In this document: positions 1-15,227 of the stretch, piece after piece
Position numbering within the stretch: position 1 is the first letter of the stretch
How the letters are laid out: each line of letters begins with the position of its first letter
NCBI GenBank assembly: GCA_048128005.1
Contig: JBEUKZ010000019.1
Location: forward strand, 1 to 64,000
Length of the DNA stretch: 64,000 bases
Reading direction: 5' to 3'
Source: Veleropilina oligotropha
Lineage: Eukaryota
Translations under genes and position numbers: made by a program
The notes under the pieces: generated by a model
What the model was told of the DNA's origin: nothing
Database searches by the model: none
Seen by the model: the letters and a program-made list of their open reading frames with translations, nothing else

Positions 1-51
1 GTGTGTGTGTTGTGTGTGTATGTATGTGTATAATAATAATTATTATATACA

Positions 52-477
52 CTAGCAATGGTACCCGTCTTCGCCGGTAAGTCCCCCCACCCCAATTTTT
101 TTTTTTTTTTTTTTTTGGATAGTGCTCCCTTAAATTTTTTTTTTTTTTCCCGAATTTTCCGAATTTTTTTCGTGGTAAACCTTCCTTGGGGGACCCCGAT
201 TAACCCCCAAAGTTTGAAGGTCCTAGGTCAAAGCGTCTGGGAGGAGTTCAACTTGAAACAGACACACACACATACAATTATAGGTCCATTATATGAAGAT
301 ATATAGTAAAAAAAATTTTATTTCCCGAATTTTCCGAATTTTTTTCGTGGTAAACCTTCCTTGGGGACCCCGATTAACCCCCAAAGTTTGAAGGTCCTAG
401 GTCAAAGCGTCTGGGAGGAGTTCAACTTGAAACAGACAGACCCGCACACATACAATTATAGCTCCATTATATTAAGA
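52..477 (-). mobile_element. Non-autonomous Helitron-like element, copy 1 (two internal ~180-bp units)
   Basis: On the minus strand it starts TC (477-476) and ends CTAG (55-52), between host A and T. A GC-rich hairpin-like CCGGCGAAGACGGG lies ~12 nt before the 3' end. Confidence 0.7.
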
Positions 478-610
478 TATGTGTTTATATGTATGCACGT
501 ATGTGAATATGTATAATTATGTATGTGTATTTATGTTTATGCATTTATAAATGCATCTGTATGTATACCAATAATTATTTCAAACGAATTTTGTATATAT
601 ATTATAATTA

Positions 611-1225
611 CTAGCAATGGTACCCGTCTTCGCCGGGTAAGTCCCCCAACCCCCTTTTTTTTTTTTTTTTTTTTTGGATAGTGGTCCCTTAAATTTTTTA
701 TTTTTTCCCGAATTTTCCGAATTTTTTTCGTGGTAAACCTTCCTTGGGGGACCCCGATTAACCCCCCAAAGTTTGAAGGTCCTAGGTCAAAGCGTCTGGG
801 AGGAGTTCAACTTGAAACAGACAGACACACACACATAAAATTATAGGTCCATTATTATATGAAGATATATAGTAAAATATTTTTTTTTTCCCGAATTTTC
901 CGAATTTTTTTCGTGGTAAACCTTCCTTGGGGGACCCCGATTAACCCCCCAAAGTTTGAAGGTCCTAGGTCAAAGCGTCTGGGAGGAGTTCAACTTGAAA
1001 CAGACAGACACACACACATAAAATTATAGGTCCATTATATGAAGATATATAGTAAAATATTTTTTTTTTCCCGAATTTTCCGAATTTTTTTCGTGGTAAA
1101 CCTTCCTTGGGGGACCCCGATTAACCCCCCAAAGTTTGAAGGTCCTAGGTCAAAGCGTCTGGGAGGAGTTCAACTTGAAACAGACAGACACACACACATA
1201 CAATTATAGCTCCATTATATTAAGA
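611..1225 (-). mobile_element. Non-autonomous Helitron-like element, copy 2 (three internal ~180-bp units)
   Basis: Same TC...CTAG termini, subterminal hairpin and internal units as 52-477. Confidence 0.7.
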
Positions 1226-1297
1226 TTATGTTATTTTGTGTGTATATAATTGTTATGTAATGTTATGGTAAATAAATTGATTATTATTATTATTATT

Positions 1298-2062
<765 letters not shown>

Positions 2063-2156
2063 TACCATTTTCCCTGTCTACCAAATCTTTTTTTCGCAAC
2101 TACGGACAGAATTCATCCAGTTTGCCGAATGCTGCAACATGCGCCATTTTGAAATA

Positions 2157-2513
2157 TCTAGTCGACTAACAATTCCTTAGCCACCTATTCCGCTGGCTAA
2201 GGATTTAGCCAGCTAAGGCGGTTTTCTAAGCCAGCTAAGGCTTTGTGAAACGCTCTTAGTCGGCTATCTTCACCGACTTTGGCTAAGGTTAGTCGAAGTC
2301 ATGTATGTGAAACGCTCGGAAAGTAGTTAGTCGTCTCTCCTCTGTATTGGATACATGCAAAGCTGTCTAACAACCTTAGCCGGATATGACATGTTCTTAG
2401 CCAGCTAAGGTATTTTCTTAGCCAGCTAAGGGTTTGTGAAACGCTCTTAGCCGGATATACTCACCGACTTAGGCTTAGCGTAGCCCAAGTCATGTACATG
2501 AAACGGCCCCCTG
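2157..2513. repeat. TTAGCCAGCTAAGG / GTGAAACGCTC subrepeat cluster, likely one end of a non-autonomous DNA transposon
   Basis: Repeated short palindromic motifs ending in GAAACGGCCCCCTGG; the partner end was not found. Confidence 0.4.
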
Positions 2514-4244
2514 GTCTGCATGCACACAAATATATAAATAAATACTTACATACTCGCATATACACATCTACATACATAAATATCTGAGTGCTTTGTATAA
2601 ATGCATTATTAGCGGACACGCATACCTTGAATACATTTTCACACATAGATACCTACATATGTACACTCAATCCTGCCAACACAGACATACATACGTAATG
2701 CACGTGCATGACATCATACCCATACCCATACACAGATACATTTCCAAACTTTAACTAAATATGAAGCAAGAACCATTACAAATGGGCACAAAAGTAAAAT
2801 TACGATCATAAATCGTTAAATAACATGTATGGTTTTGAAAAAAGGTGAGATATAGAAAAATGTATCAATCTCGTCACATGCGACATATATATATAATAAT
2901 ATATCATACATACTCTGCACATGCTTGCATACTAGTACTTATTCACTGTGACTACAGAAACATAAACATATTAACCTTGGTAGGCAACTTGAAGTTTACT
3001 CGTTTCACACAACAGCGTAAGCAGTATTATTTGCCACTAGTGCAAGCAGAACGCCAACGCTGAGCCACGGCCAGTGCGCTGTCTTTTTTCCCCAGTAACG
3101 ACCCGGTTTTTCGATTTCCCATGTTAGTAGGGGATATCGTAAAACTGGATCAGTGACGACCTTCGAAGGCAAAGAGTCTGCATATAATAACATCGCCGGA
3201 CACCACTAATCTATATAATGCAGAAGGACTCCCACGTTGTTATAATCTACATTATAAATGTGCCCATGAATATAGACTGTTTAGTGTTAGACACAACATT
3301 ATTACATAATATATACCAAAGCGACGTATCTATTTTCGTATCTCCGCCATTAAGGAGTGGAGTCAACGAATGCTGGGAAATATTTTGGACTTCAATGGTT
3401 ATGTCCCTTGTAGTTGTAGCGGGAATATTTTAACGTCTATTTTTCAAGTTATAATTCAAATATTCATGTTGAATTTGGTGTAATTATGCCTGTCAGGTGT
3501 GCAGTGTTTGGTTGTGATAACCAAAGTAACCAAAAAGACAGGTACGTAGATGTTGATATGTGTTTAATTATGAAGCTGCGTACAAGGCGAAGCCAGCGGT
3601 TTCGCCACAAGACGTTCGCCCCCTTATACATGCCTTTTCGACCCCCAAATCCAATACTAGTATATATTTCGTATGAAATAATAAATGTTTATATTTCTGT
3701 TTTTTATCTTTGTCAGAAATATTACTGAAGCTAAAAAAGACTTCAACTTTCTAAATGCGTGTACGATATTATGAAATTCTTGCTGCGTCGATGTATTTTT
3801 GTAACACTACGAAAGCAAGGTTTTGTTCGTGTTGTCACTGGAAATTAATATGTACGCAATTCAATAACGAGTATGATGTGCGATGCGAACAAGTAATGAA
3901 TTTTGGGGGGTGACCATTAACTCATTTTTCTGGTGTCACGCTCTTCATTGCGGTCTCTTAGCAGTATATTTTAATTGTATCGGTATGCCTCTGGTGACTT
4001 TGTATCTTCTATATTTTCCATCTTGTTGCTTCGATGTATTTCTGTATAATTTTATTATAATAGTATATATAGTCGGTAAGAACGAGGATTATTTTTCACA
4101 CCCATTGCTACATTTCCATGACGTCAACAATCACAAATTTCACCTTCCATCCGCCACATAATTATGTTAGAACGCGTTAACAAAATTAAAAAGCAACGTT
4201 ATACAGCTTGTTTCTTTTATAAATTTAAGATATATGATAAATAG

Positions 4245-4355
4245 AATCTCACATTCGTGGTCATTTTAATAATATCACATTTATGAAACTCGTTATCTTA
4301 AAATTAGTTAACTCGTTTCATAAATGTGATATTAAATGACCACTCATGTGAGATC
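4245..4355. repeat. Long imperfect inverted repeat (hairpin), possibly the end of a non-autonomous element
   Basis: TCACATTCGTGGTCATTTTAATAATATCACATTTATGAAAC pairs with GTTTCATAAATGTGATATTAAATGACCACTCATGTGA. Confidence 0.5.
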
Positions 4356-4447
4356 CCCTCTATATCTATATGTAATTATATATAATTTACCTAAAGATGT
4401 ATTGCCCGTAAGTAGCGAAAAAACGCTTTTTAATTTTAAACCTTAGA

Positions 4448-4666
4448 GGGAGGGAGGAATGATGCTTAATGTCCTGTATATTTACAACATCGAGGTTCAA
4501 GGCCGCCCGGGTAAACCCGCCCTCTTCGGCCAGTCGCGGACAACTGTGATTCATAACTTGAACAATGCCTCAGCCAGGTATTGAACCCACCACTGTTCGC
4601 ATTAGCGGAATCAAGCCAGTGAATTTAGAGTGGACACTCTTACCCACTGCGCTGTCGAAGCGGCCT
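4448..4666 (-). mobile_element. tRNA-derived SINE (family A), internally deleted copy
   Basis: Matches the other family A copies and is flanked by the direct repeat TAAACCTTAGA (TSD). Confidence 0.8.
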
Positions 4667-5300
4667 TAAACCTTAGATCGCAAACGTATTTTGCCAGTTG
4701 GCTCAAGTTAGAAACTTTGCAATTTTTCCAAAAAATTCTATAGATGGAGTCACTGAAGCGCCTACGAATTAAAAGTAAAAAGAATAAAACCGGGTCCGCT
4801 TTTATTATTTGGGTGACGGACGTTCGTCGAAAAGAATTTCGTGAAGTTGGGCCCTGTCGAAGTTAACTCTGGATTTGTGGACAATTGAGCTGCAAACTTA
4901 TCACTAATTAACTATTTTACAGTACTGTCACATCGCATGCAAATTCGATAAATTAATTATTCGTATTTGATGTAGCGTCTGCATGTTTTGATAAAAAGTA
5001 TACCCGAAAATGGACGAGTCGTCTCGTTCGTCGATTTCCGAATTGGAAATTGTACGAATTGCAGGCATCCTTGGTAATTTAATGGCGGAAGGATCGAAGA
5101 GCTCCGCGACGAGCACCGATTTCAGCAGTGATTTTTTATTATAAAACAACAAACAATGTAGATTCTTTCACTTTGAATCATCAAAACTTTTTATAACATC
5201 TATATATAGGTAAGTAAGGAATTTGAGGGCATTATGTCATAATTATGGGCAATACATCTTTAACGGTGCGCATATACATGCAATCTTTGCACAGTATGAT

Positions 5301-5419
<119 letters not shown>

Positions 5420-5897
5420 GCTAATTTGTCACTTAGGGCACCAAGTTGTGAAAACCACACTTCGGTAACCCACCCCTATATATGTGAATAATATGAAATT
5501 AGACAAAATAAGTTCATCAGAGTCTTCATTTTCAAACGCTAATTAAGTTTAGATAAGGTTTCATTAACCAAATTTTTTTGATCATATTTGCATTTTAAAT
5601 TGAAAAAAACGTATATACGGGTGGATGGCCTAAGTGATGTTTTTTCACTGGGTGCCCTAACTCCTCGTTTTTTTGCGAAGTCAATATCTGCCACATCGTT
5701 CATTTGATATTGTAACGCATCTATTGTAGAACTCTTTTGACAGAGAAGCACCGTTTGGTATGAAATTGGGTTTTCGAACGTTAACGAGAAGGCAGAAAAA
5801 TTGCGATTGAATTAGGGAACCCGGATTTTGGGTTCCCTAACTCGAAATGTTGTGCAAACATGATTTAGGGAACCCTATAAGCACCCTAAGTGCCCAA

Positions 5898-6051
<154 letters not shown>

Positions 6052-7482
6052 ATAACAACATAAAAAATGTATATATTACTTTAGTAGTACATTTCACGTG
6101 ATATATAATAATATATATAATAAATTATATATAATATTATATACATATATTTATATATTATAAAAGCGACAGCTTTAAACACCATTTACGATTATATTTC
6201 TTTGAGACTGCCGCACCAAACGTTCTGAAATGAGAAAATAAATTACTTACATTTACAGTATAATATATAGATATGTATATTGTAGATTAATAGTTTAACT
6301 CTTAAAAGAAAAGATATGGGGCGAAAAGTCTATCTAGGGAGCGAACGGTCTATTTTCAAACTAGCCTGGGGGGGGGGGGCGAACGGTCTTTGGAGCGAAA
6401 CCGCTGGTATTCGTACAAGTAATGGTATGTATGTATGCTAGTCGCCGGTCTAACATGCATACATGCGTGTTGCTTAGTATCCTAAAACTAAACAGTGTTA
6501 TTTATAAAGCATCTTTAAACTGATATGCTATTGAATATATATGGTTGTCACCATAAATATATTGATGACATCACGGTTAGTTCCTGTGACGCTCCGGTTG
6601 CCAAGTGGTCTCTGTCGCATCCTCCTCTCAAATAATTGTAGGAGTATTCACCGTACTTCTAAATGCTCTAACCACAATTATATTTTATGCTATGGGCTTC
6701 ATCGCGGGCCTTATAACTGTATGTATATAATATATATATATTTGTTTCTTAGGTGGGTGGTTATGCCTCATGTCAGGATTATATCTTTTCATGGCTGCAA
6801 GGATCCAAAACATTATAGGATATGGACGAAATTTATCAACAGAATAAATTGGAATGGAGTGAATGTAAACACAAAGGTTTGCAGCAATCACTTCACCCTT
6901 GGGAGCCCCTTTCCAAATTCGCCTCATCCAACACTATACATGAAAGGATATGACAGTGAACATGCACCAAAGAGGTTACCACCTCGTAAAAGATCAAGTA
7001 ACGAACATCCCAACAGAAAGAAGATCAAAATAGAACCTTATACCGACCATGAACATACACCATGCAGCATGTCCGGTGCACCATCTGATGACTGTAGTTC
7101 GAATGCATATGTTCATGGTATAGAATGTTCCTCAACATGCTCCCAACAGGACGGTTCCCAACAGACATCCACTTACTCCCAACAGGACTGTTCCCAACAG
7201 ACATCCACTTACTCCCAACAGGACTATAAAGAACATAATTATGCTAGGATTTCAGGTGAAGTATGTGATGCCTGTTCACCACTTTTTCAGCAAATGTTAT
7301 CAACCATGAAACATATGCAGGAACATATCGAGGATTTGGAAACGAAATTGAGAACAACACGAGCCCAGGAATAATGCAGTCCCTGAACAATATGGTGGCC
7401 TTCTCTGATATTTTCTAAACCAAACTCGAAACTCTAATGATGCTCAGTCATATTCATATTGTCCGACTTCGATGCAGTATAT

Positions 7483-7740
7483 GGCCGCTTCGAAAGTACA
7501 GTGGCACGGTTGTGGTTTCCGAAAATCACTGACTTGTTTCCGCTGAAGCGAACAGTAGTGGGTTCGACCCCCGGCTGAAGCATCACACATTTGTTCAAAT
7601 TATGAAGCACAGTTGTCCGTGACTGGTCGAAGAGGGCGGGTGACTGGGTTTTCCTCCCGCGATATTACGGACGTGTCCTGGTTTGTACCAAACGATGGTT
7701 GGAAATATACAGGATATTAAGCATCGATCCTTTCCTTTCG
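7483..7740 (+). mobile_element. tRNA-derived SINE (family A)
   Basis: GGCCGCTTCG head, B-box-like GGGTTCGACCCCC, shared body CACAGTTGTCCGTGACTGG and tail AAATATACAGGATATTAAGCATC. Confidence 0.75.
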
Positions 7741-7862
7741 TTGCAGTATTATATAATACAGAGTCACACCACTTTCTACATGTGCAGCAGTACTTGTGTG
7801 ATTGCACTTTGACACTTGTGTATATTAATAAGGGGAGTGATCTGACTTGACAGCTAAACCAC

Positions 7863-8438
7863 TATTATGCGTGTTGCGTACGCATGCATCAGGTTTCTGC
7901 ATGTAGCTGGTATTATGCGTGTTGCGTACGCATGCATCAGGTTTATGCATGTAGCTGGTATTATGCGTGTTGCGTACGCATGCATCAGGTTTCTGCATGT
8001 AGCTGGTATTATGCGTGTTGCATACACATGCATCAGGTTTCTGTATGTAGCTGGTATTATGGTGTTGCGTACGCATGCATCAGGTTTCTGTATGTAGCTG
8101 GTATTATGCGTGTTGCATACACATGCATCAGGTTTCTGTATGTAGCTGGTATTATGCGTGTTGCGTACGCATGCATCAGGTTTCTGCATGTAGCTGGTAT
8201 TATGCGTGTTGCGTACGTATGCATCAGGTTTCTGCATGTAGCTGGTATTATGCGTGTTGCGTACGCATACATCAGGTTTCTGCATGTAGCTGGTATTATG
8301 CGTGTTGCGTACGCATGCATCAGGTTTCTGCATGTAGCTGGTATTATGCGTGTTGCGTACACATTCATCAGGTTTCTGTATGTAGCTGGTATTATGCGTG
8401 TTGCGTACGCATGCATCAGGTTTCTGCATGTAGCTGGA
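7863..8438. repeat. 48-bp minisatellite (~12 copies)
   Basis: Unit TATTATGCGTGTTGCGTACGCATGCATCAGGTTTCTGCATGTAGCTGG. Confidence 0.95.
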
Positions 8439-8656
8439 TATGGTCAAGTGGCGGAATTTTCATGGACATTTAATTTCAACACAACATTTCTCGTAACAGC
8501 TGCTGCACACAAGACAGTCGGGGCTAGCGGCAACGCATGGGACTCTGAAGAGACCCATATGCCGGTGTCATGGAACTTGAAGTGTTTCTGTAGTTTTTGA
8601 TGATTTGCTACTTAGAGTTTACACGCCACATTTTCTCTGGATGATCCTCATTCCAA

Positions 8657-9036
8657 TGAGGCCGCTTCGACAGTCGTGTGGTTTCGTTTGTGGACTCAGA
8701 AAAATCACTGACTTGATTCAGCTGTCGCAAACAGTAGTATGTTTAAACCTCGGCAGGGAATCACACATTTGTTCAAGTTATGAATCACAGTTGTCCGTAA
8801 CTGGTCGGCGAGGGCGGGTTTCCCCGGGCGACCAGGCTTTCTTCCCGCGATAATATGGACATGTCCTGCTTTGAATCAAATTACCATCTCCGACCAGTTA
8901 CGGACAACTGTGATTCATTATTTGAACAAATGTGATGCCCCCGCTGAGGTTTAGACCCACTACTGTTCGCGTCAGCGGAATCAAGCCAGTGACTGAGTCC
9001 ACAACCGAAACCACACAGCTGTCGAAACGGCCTCAT
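8657..9036. mobile_element. Two family A SINE copies in inverted, tail-to-tail arrangement
   Basis: Plus copy ~8657-8875 and minus copy ~8888-9036; TGAGGCCG...CGGCCTCA at the outer ends. Confidence 0.65.
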
Positions 9037-9817
9037 GAAATGATATAGATAGGTTTATTACAATTGTTAGAAATGGAATAACATGCAAACAAATTAAAAA
9101 TACACTCATAACATGACAATATTCAAACAAAAAGGATGAAACAATTATTTTGGTGTTTAATTTTCAATTTTAAAACTACCCTGAATTACAGTGACAATTG
9201 AAACTGACGAATTTTCCAATTGACTTCTCCAACTGTACCCACACACAATAAGGATGTTCGTTATGGCGAGTCTGCGGTTGAACTTTCGCAAACATATAAA
9301 TGGTTGCTGATTTTGTGCATGCAACACGCCGTCACCTTGTTGGACAAGAAAAATGCATTGCCCTCTTTCTTCGCCTTAATGCCATCGTGTTCCTTATCAC
9401 CGTGAAATACGCAAAATTATCACAATCCGGATCGTGACATGTTCATTTTATCATGAGAGGAAAGCTCGGAAAAGCCTGCCCTCCGATCAATTACGGACAA
9501 CTGTGATTCATAACTGAACAAATAATGTCATGTCCCAACCGAGATTTGAACCCACTACTGTTCGTGTCAATGAAATCTAGCCAGTAAACGATTTTGGAGT
9601 CTGCAACCGAAACCACACGATTGTCGGAGCGGCGTGTTTGCGCGACAAGAATGGTATCGTCGCTGATATGACCCATAAGACAATGTGTTGCAACGTTTGT
9701 GACTTCGAACTAGCCAAACATATTGTGCGTTGGTGCGAAGAACTTACTTCTATGGTTCTACGTCTACAGTTATAATTAGCTGGTCTTTGGTCGTACCAGT
9801 CCCCTATTCAGAACGAG

Positions 9818-10073
9818 GGGGGATTATGCTTAATGTCCTGTATATTTATAACATCGAGGTTCAAGGCAGGACATGTCCGTGTTATCGCGGGAGGAAACCC
9901 CGGTCGCCGGGTAAACCCGCCCTCTTCGGCCAGTCACGGACAACTGTGCTTCATAACTTGAACAAATGTGTGCTGCCTCAGCCGGGGGTCGATCCCACTA
10001 CTGTTCGCGTCAGCGGAAACAAGCCAGTGAGTTTAGAGTGGACACTCTACCCACTGCGCTACCGAAGCGGCCT
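9818..10073 (-). mobile_element. tRNA-derived SINE (family A), full length
   Basis: Minus-strand head AGGCCGCTTCGGTAGCGCAGTGGG (A-box-like) ...GGGATCGACCCC (B-box-like); TSD ATTCAGAACGAG on both sides. Confidence 0.85.
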
Positions 10074-10149
10074 ATTCAGAACGAGTTAACAACGAGCGAA
10101 TATCTTCAAGAACCTACAGGCTCTCCATATGCTGCTCCATATGCTGCTC

Positions 10150-12206
10150 GAAAATTACTTAAAAACAAACAGACCAACCGCAAAACTCCACAACTTAAGA
10201 AATTGAAAAGTATAATTCAAAAAGAACAACGGCAAGCTTATTGGCAGTACGTTGAAAATATGATTTTTGATATTCCAATCCAAGAACAAGGCAGTTCCAA
10301 ATTTACAGAGACACCGAAAAAACTATTTTCTTATATTAAAACCCAGAAGACTGACAGTCAAACCATTCCTCCACTCCGAGAAAATGGTATCCTCAAATCC
10401 GATGCATTCAGTAAATCTACAATCCTAAATAACCAATTTCAGAAAGCTTTCACTCCAATTACTAATGAATCCATACCCGACAAAGGGCCTAGTCCTTATC
10501 AGCAAATGCCAGATATACACATTACTGAAAATGGCATCACTAAACTCCTTCAAAACCTAAAACCACACAAAGCTTCTGGTCCAGACCAAATTCACAGCAG
10601 AATTCTAAAGGAATGCAGTATACATATTTCTCCAATCCTTACAATCATTTTTCAGAAATCACTTTCAACTGGCAAAATACCTACTGACTGGAAACATGCA
10701 AATGTATGTCCTGTATTTAAAAAAGGTGATAAACATGATGCCATTAACTACAGGCCCATATCCCTAACATGCATTTGCTGCAAACTCCTGGAACATGTTA
10801 TCTCAAGCAGTATTATGTCCCATCTTGACAAACATAATATTCTATATGATTTACAGCATGGGTTTAGACCCTCTCGCTCCTGTGAAACACAACTTATTTC
10901 CTTCTTACAAACCCTCACCAAATCTAATAACGACAACACTCAAACAGATGTAATTATCATGGATTTCTCAAAAGCATTTGATAAAGTTCCACACCAGCAT
11001 CTCTTATATAAACTAAAATTCTACGGTATCACTTGTAACGCCCACCCCTGGATATCCGATTTTCTTTCTGATAGGACTCAAACAGTTGTCCTGGAGGGTC
11101 AGAAATCAAATACTATATCTGTTACGTCCGGTGTACCCCAGGGGACAGTCCTGGGTCCTATCCTCTTTCTTATTTACATAAACGACTTTGCTGACTACAT
11201 TCAACACAGTACACTCAGGCTATTTGCTGATGATAGTGTCATCTACAGAGAAATTAATTCCCTTGAAGATGCCAGACTTCTCCAATCCGACATCGATGCA
11301 GCGGGCAGATGGGAGTGTGATTGGCTCATGCAATTCCACCCCGACAAGTGCAACATCTTAAGTATCACACAAAAACATAACCCAGTAAAATATGCATACA
11401 AACTTCATGACCATTTGCTTGAAAAAGTAAGCAGTGCTAAGTATCTAGGTATAACTCTCGAAAGTAACTTAAAATGGGACAAACATATCAACTCAATAAC
11501 CAGCAAAGCAAATCAATCACTAGGTTTCCTCCGCCGTAACCTAAAAATTAACTCAACAAAAGTAAAAGATCATGCCTATAAGGCCATAGTCAGACCCAGA
11601 CTAGAGTATTCTAACACTGTATGGGATCCACACACCAAAACACAGATAAACCAGATAGAAAAAGTCCAAAGACGTGCCGCCAGATTTGTCTGCAATCGTT
11701 ATCACAATACCAGCTCTGTATCCGACATGCTACACACCCTTAATTGGCCTTCCCTTGAAATCCGCAGAACTCGCGCTAGACTGATTATGTTTTATAAGAT
11801 TACACACAATATCGTAGCTATTCAACCTCCTTCTAACCTCCTTATTGCAGCTGATATGCGTACCCGTCACAGTAGCCTCTATTCATTTAGGCACATTCCT
11901 GCTGCTAAGGACTCTTATAAGTATTCTTTTTATCCCAGGACAGTACCACAATGGAACCTCCTGCCAACTTCAGTACACGAAGCAATTACAGTAGACGCTT
12001 TTAAAGCTCTCATCCCTGCGTCTGTTCTCGTCCCCATCTTACAATATTAGACAACCCATGATACATGTATATAGTTTTAATATGCACTACTAACATTTGT
12101 TATGAGCACTAAATTATATCTATCACGTTTATGTTCTTAACACTGGCGCCGGCACAAAATCCTCAAGTGGTGAGGGAGTGCTTGTATATAGAAGAAGAAG
12201 AAGAAG
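10150..12206 (+). mobile_element. 5'-truncated CR1/L2-group non-LTR retrotransposon; reverse transcriptase ORF open to 12050
   Basis: RT motifs KASGPD, NYRPISL, QHGFR, DFSKAFD, GVPQGTVLGPILF, LFADD, KYLG and C-terminal SFYPRTVPQWN. No APE domain. The 3' UTR ends in a (GAA)n tail at 12191-12206. The 5' boundary is approximate. Confidence 0.9.
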
Positions 12207-12748
12207 TTATTCACGAAACAAGAATCGTACAAAAGGCCGTAGCAAGAAATCCAGAAACATGACATTTTCGCATTGAGGACTCTATGTATTACTAGTGGAA
12301 CGCTAGCGGTGATTGGCATATACCAACAAAGGTCTTGGGTAAGGATACCTAGTGAACGCGTTATGTCAGGAATATTAATTGTCGTACGCAGCATACAATA
12401 ACCTGAGCAGCAATGAGTTGATGTTGGCAACACAGTCATCTGAAACTAGTTCTACTTCCAAGAGTGGAAATCATGTACCACCTGACTTTGATGAGGATAC
12501 GGTGGGTGTGTTACCTGATCCAATTTTACATACCACACCTCATGATAATCCAATTCGTCATGCCATGGTACCTATTCATAATGCAATTTATATAATGTTC
12601 AACAAAACGCACCACAGCATAATATTATGTTATGTTTTGAAATGACTTCAACAAGTGACGTCCAAACCGTATCATCTTTAAAGCTGAAAAATGGCAGTCG
12701 ATCTATATAACAGTAATCAAGTCGCCGAAGGACCGTCCTCATGCAAAG

Positions 12749-13010
12749 AGGCCGCTTTGGCAGCGCAGTGGGTAGAGTGTCCACTCTAACTTCACTGGCT
12801 TGATTCCGCTAATGCGAACAGTAGTGGGTTCAATACCTGGCTGAGGCATTGAAATTTGTTCAAGTTATGAATCACAGTTGTCCGTGACTGGCCGAAGAGG
12901 GCGGGTTTACCCGGGCGACCGGGGTTTCCTCCCGCGACAACACGGACATGTCATGCCTTGAACCTCGATGTTGTAAATATACAGGATATTAAGCATCATT
13001 CCTCCCTCCC
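12749..13010 (+). mobile_element. tRNA-derived SINE (family A), full length
   Basis: Head GGCCGCTTTGGCAGCGCAGTGGG, B-box-like GGGTTCAATACC, TSD TCCTCATGCAAAGA. Further partial copies at ~9455-9632, 18270-18522, 25560-25792, 29170-29375, 29925-30110 and 31320-31405. Confidence 0.85.
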
Positions 13011-14349
13011 TCCTCATGCAAAGACGTGCATCTTATACAAGAGTCCCAGTCGGGCATCTCCTCGAAATCGCCCATATCTCTCCGCTTCTGATTCTGATTC
13101 TCTTTCATCTTTGCATTGTAAACGATGTCCCATGTCTGTTGTTGTTCCTCTTCTGTCCTCCGTTCCGTATATCGTTGAAACTCAGTGATCCTTTTTGAGT
13201 CCCCTACATATTGTGCTAGTTGTTTGTATCTTCCGTGCTCATGGCATCACAGTCGCTATATATATGATAACCAATTTAGGACTACCACTATATATATGAC
13301 CCGACAGCACATATGTTGTGAAGGATTGCGCGCACTAATAAGTTTAATATGGTATCGGTACTGAAAACAAGCTAAGGATCATCTAATGTATTGTCCGTCA
13401 ATATTGCCACACGCGATTTAGACAACGGCAAAATCCATATTATTGGAGAAAATGGCAAAAATCTTCACCATTTGCGTTTTATCTATGATTGTTTGTCTAC
13501 CGTGCGCTCTACTGATTCGATCCATGTTTTATCGTTATCAAATCTGGTGACTAAGTGGGCCAATCCAAGCGTTGGACATCACTTTGTGAGAAAAAGTAAC
13601 AACACAGTTTCTCAAGGTGGGTACAGTTGGTTGAGAACATATTTTGATAGAAAACAGGTTCGATCTAAAATTAAGAACGGAGAGTCGGTCAGATCTCAGC
13701 CCACGCAAAAATATGTAACAACTCGACTATAGTGAGGTCTGCATTTACCGTAATGCAAAGGTGCACCAGACAAATTTGTCGAAAGGCTGTTATCAGACGA
13801 GTTTCCATGGATGATGCGTTCTGTATAGTGGATATATATATCCCACTGCGCAACGTCATTATGTTTAAAACCGCCGTCTTATAAATGGCGCTGTCTGTCG
13901 TTGTCAAATATCCACGTGTTCCAGTGTGTTTGGTTTCTTTCATTATTTGGTTAATCAGAAGTGACAAATGGTATGGTAAAATCAACAGACAATACATGAA
14001 GCGACTCGTACCTTGACTGTTGTTTTAGGTACATGTCTACTGTTGTATACTATAAAAGGTAACGATCTTAAATGGTACTCTTACAATAACGATTAACAAT
14101 TTTTCCGTCCTATTGTAGTAGCAACATCGATTTCGCGTTTTTCTTCAAAGTACTGGCAAATAACTTTTATCCACCTCTTCTAAAACTTTCAGCGGGACAT
14201 TACCCACGCATGCAACAAAGGATAAATAATCCGTAGCAGCATACAAAATCATAAAATCCATGCGGTAAAATATGAAACATGCGTAGGCTAAGTAATAGAA
14301 AACACTCAGCCCGAGCGATATATACAAATAACAGGTCGAGCGAGAGCGA

Positions 14350-14634
14350 GGCTGTAATGTTTATATCGCCGAGGGGTGGCAGTTGTATTATCTGTTATAC
14401 ACACCGTGGAAATTGTAAGCTTTCACCCCTGAAAACATTCAATTGCCCAACATAATGCGCTCATGAGGAGATATGGGAAATCGACTCTTCCATTGGCAAG
14501 TTGTCAATTCTTTTGTCACTCAATTTAATCTGGCCAGCGAGCCGAGTTAACCTTTGTCTGGGTTGTTAATTTGAACAATAGGGAAATTAACACTAGGAGG
14601 CTTATTGTTCAAATAACCAAGGCCATGGTGTGTG
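14350..14634. repeat. Dispersed repeat / MITE-like element, second copy at ~22095-22381
   Basis: Both copies share TATTATCTGTTATACACACCGTGGAAAT, AAATCGACTCTTCCATTGGCAAGTTG and CCATGGTGTGT. ACACACCGTGG and CCATGGTGTGT form short inverted ends. Confidence 0.6.
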
Positions 14635-15227
14635 TCTTTGGCTTACCTGTTTTAGTGGTAAAGAAACAGAACCGCGAAAACCGTTGTCTTCGATATTGTC
14701 CACATATAGGTTTAATATGGTCATCGCCAATTCTATTTACACATCATTGATTTCGTTTATTTCACATTATTTCCTTTACAATAAAATGACTGAAAAACTA
14801 CCACCAGCTGCCAATAATTAAGCACCCAGCAAAAGACAATTGTGAGGGTTAGGAATAATATATTTTTTTAACATTGTGAGCGAGTATTATCAGCATTTAC
14901 TTTTAGGTAGACGCCAACTCCATTAAAGTGACGATAAGCATCTTGTCATTCAAATGTCCGGATATTCGTTGTTGTTTTTTATCAAAATCAAAGAAATATA
15001 ATTTGATCAACAGTTCCTTTTGAACTCTTTTGCGATTTTTGTCATCCAAATTTTCCAAGTCTTGTAAAGCATATTCACTTCTGTAACAGCAAATGTTGAT
15101 AACTAGTAGGTCATTAACAACACTAACAATATTATAATCGCATGTGAACGTTCACATAAGCATATCGTCTTTCTGTTAGAAAGTCAATATATGATATTCA
15201 TTGTGCCAGTCTATCACAAAAATTCCG

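Larger units (their letters stand above)
7750..9420 (-). pseudogene. Decayed SWIM + YqaJ-like (lambda-exonuclease fold) gene of the same transposon relic
   Basis: Manual minus-strand translation gives FAKVQPQTRHNEHPYCVWVQLEKSIGKFVSFNCHCNSG (~9290-9180), TGIWVS...AASPDCLVCSSCYEKCCVEIKCP (~8570-8463) and H.PY.YTQV...RKWCDSVLY (~7840-7750). It carries frameshifts and stops and is split by SINEs and a satellite. Confidence 0.65.

Noticed and set aside
7863..8438. Regular 48-bp array as a possible CRISPR
   Set aside because: Head-to-tail units with no unique spacers, no cas genes, eukaryotic context.
9966..10085. N-terminal extension of the RT ORF
   Set aside because: It is the antisense strand of a SINE with its own TSD, open by chance.
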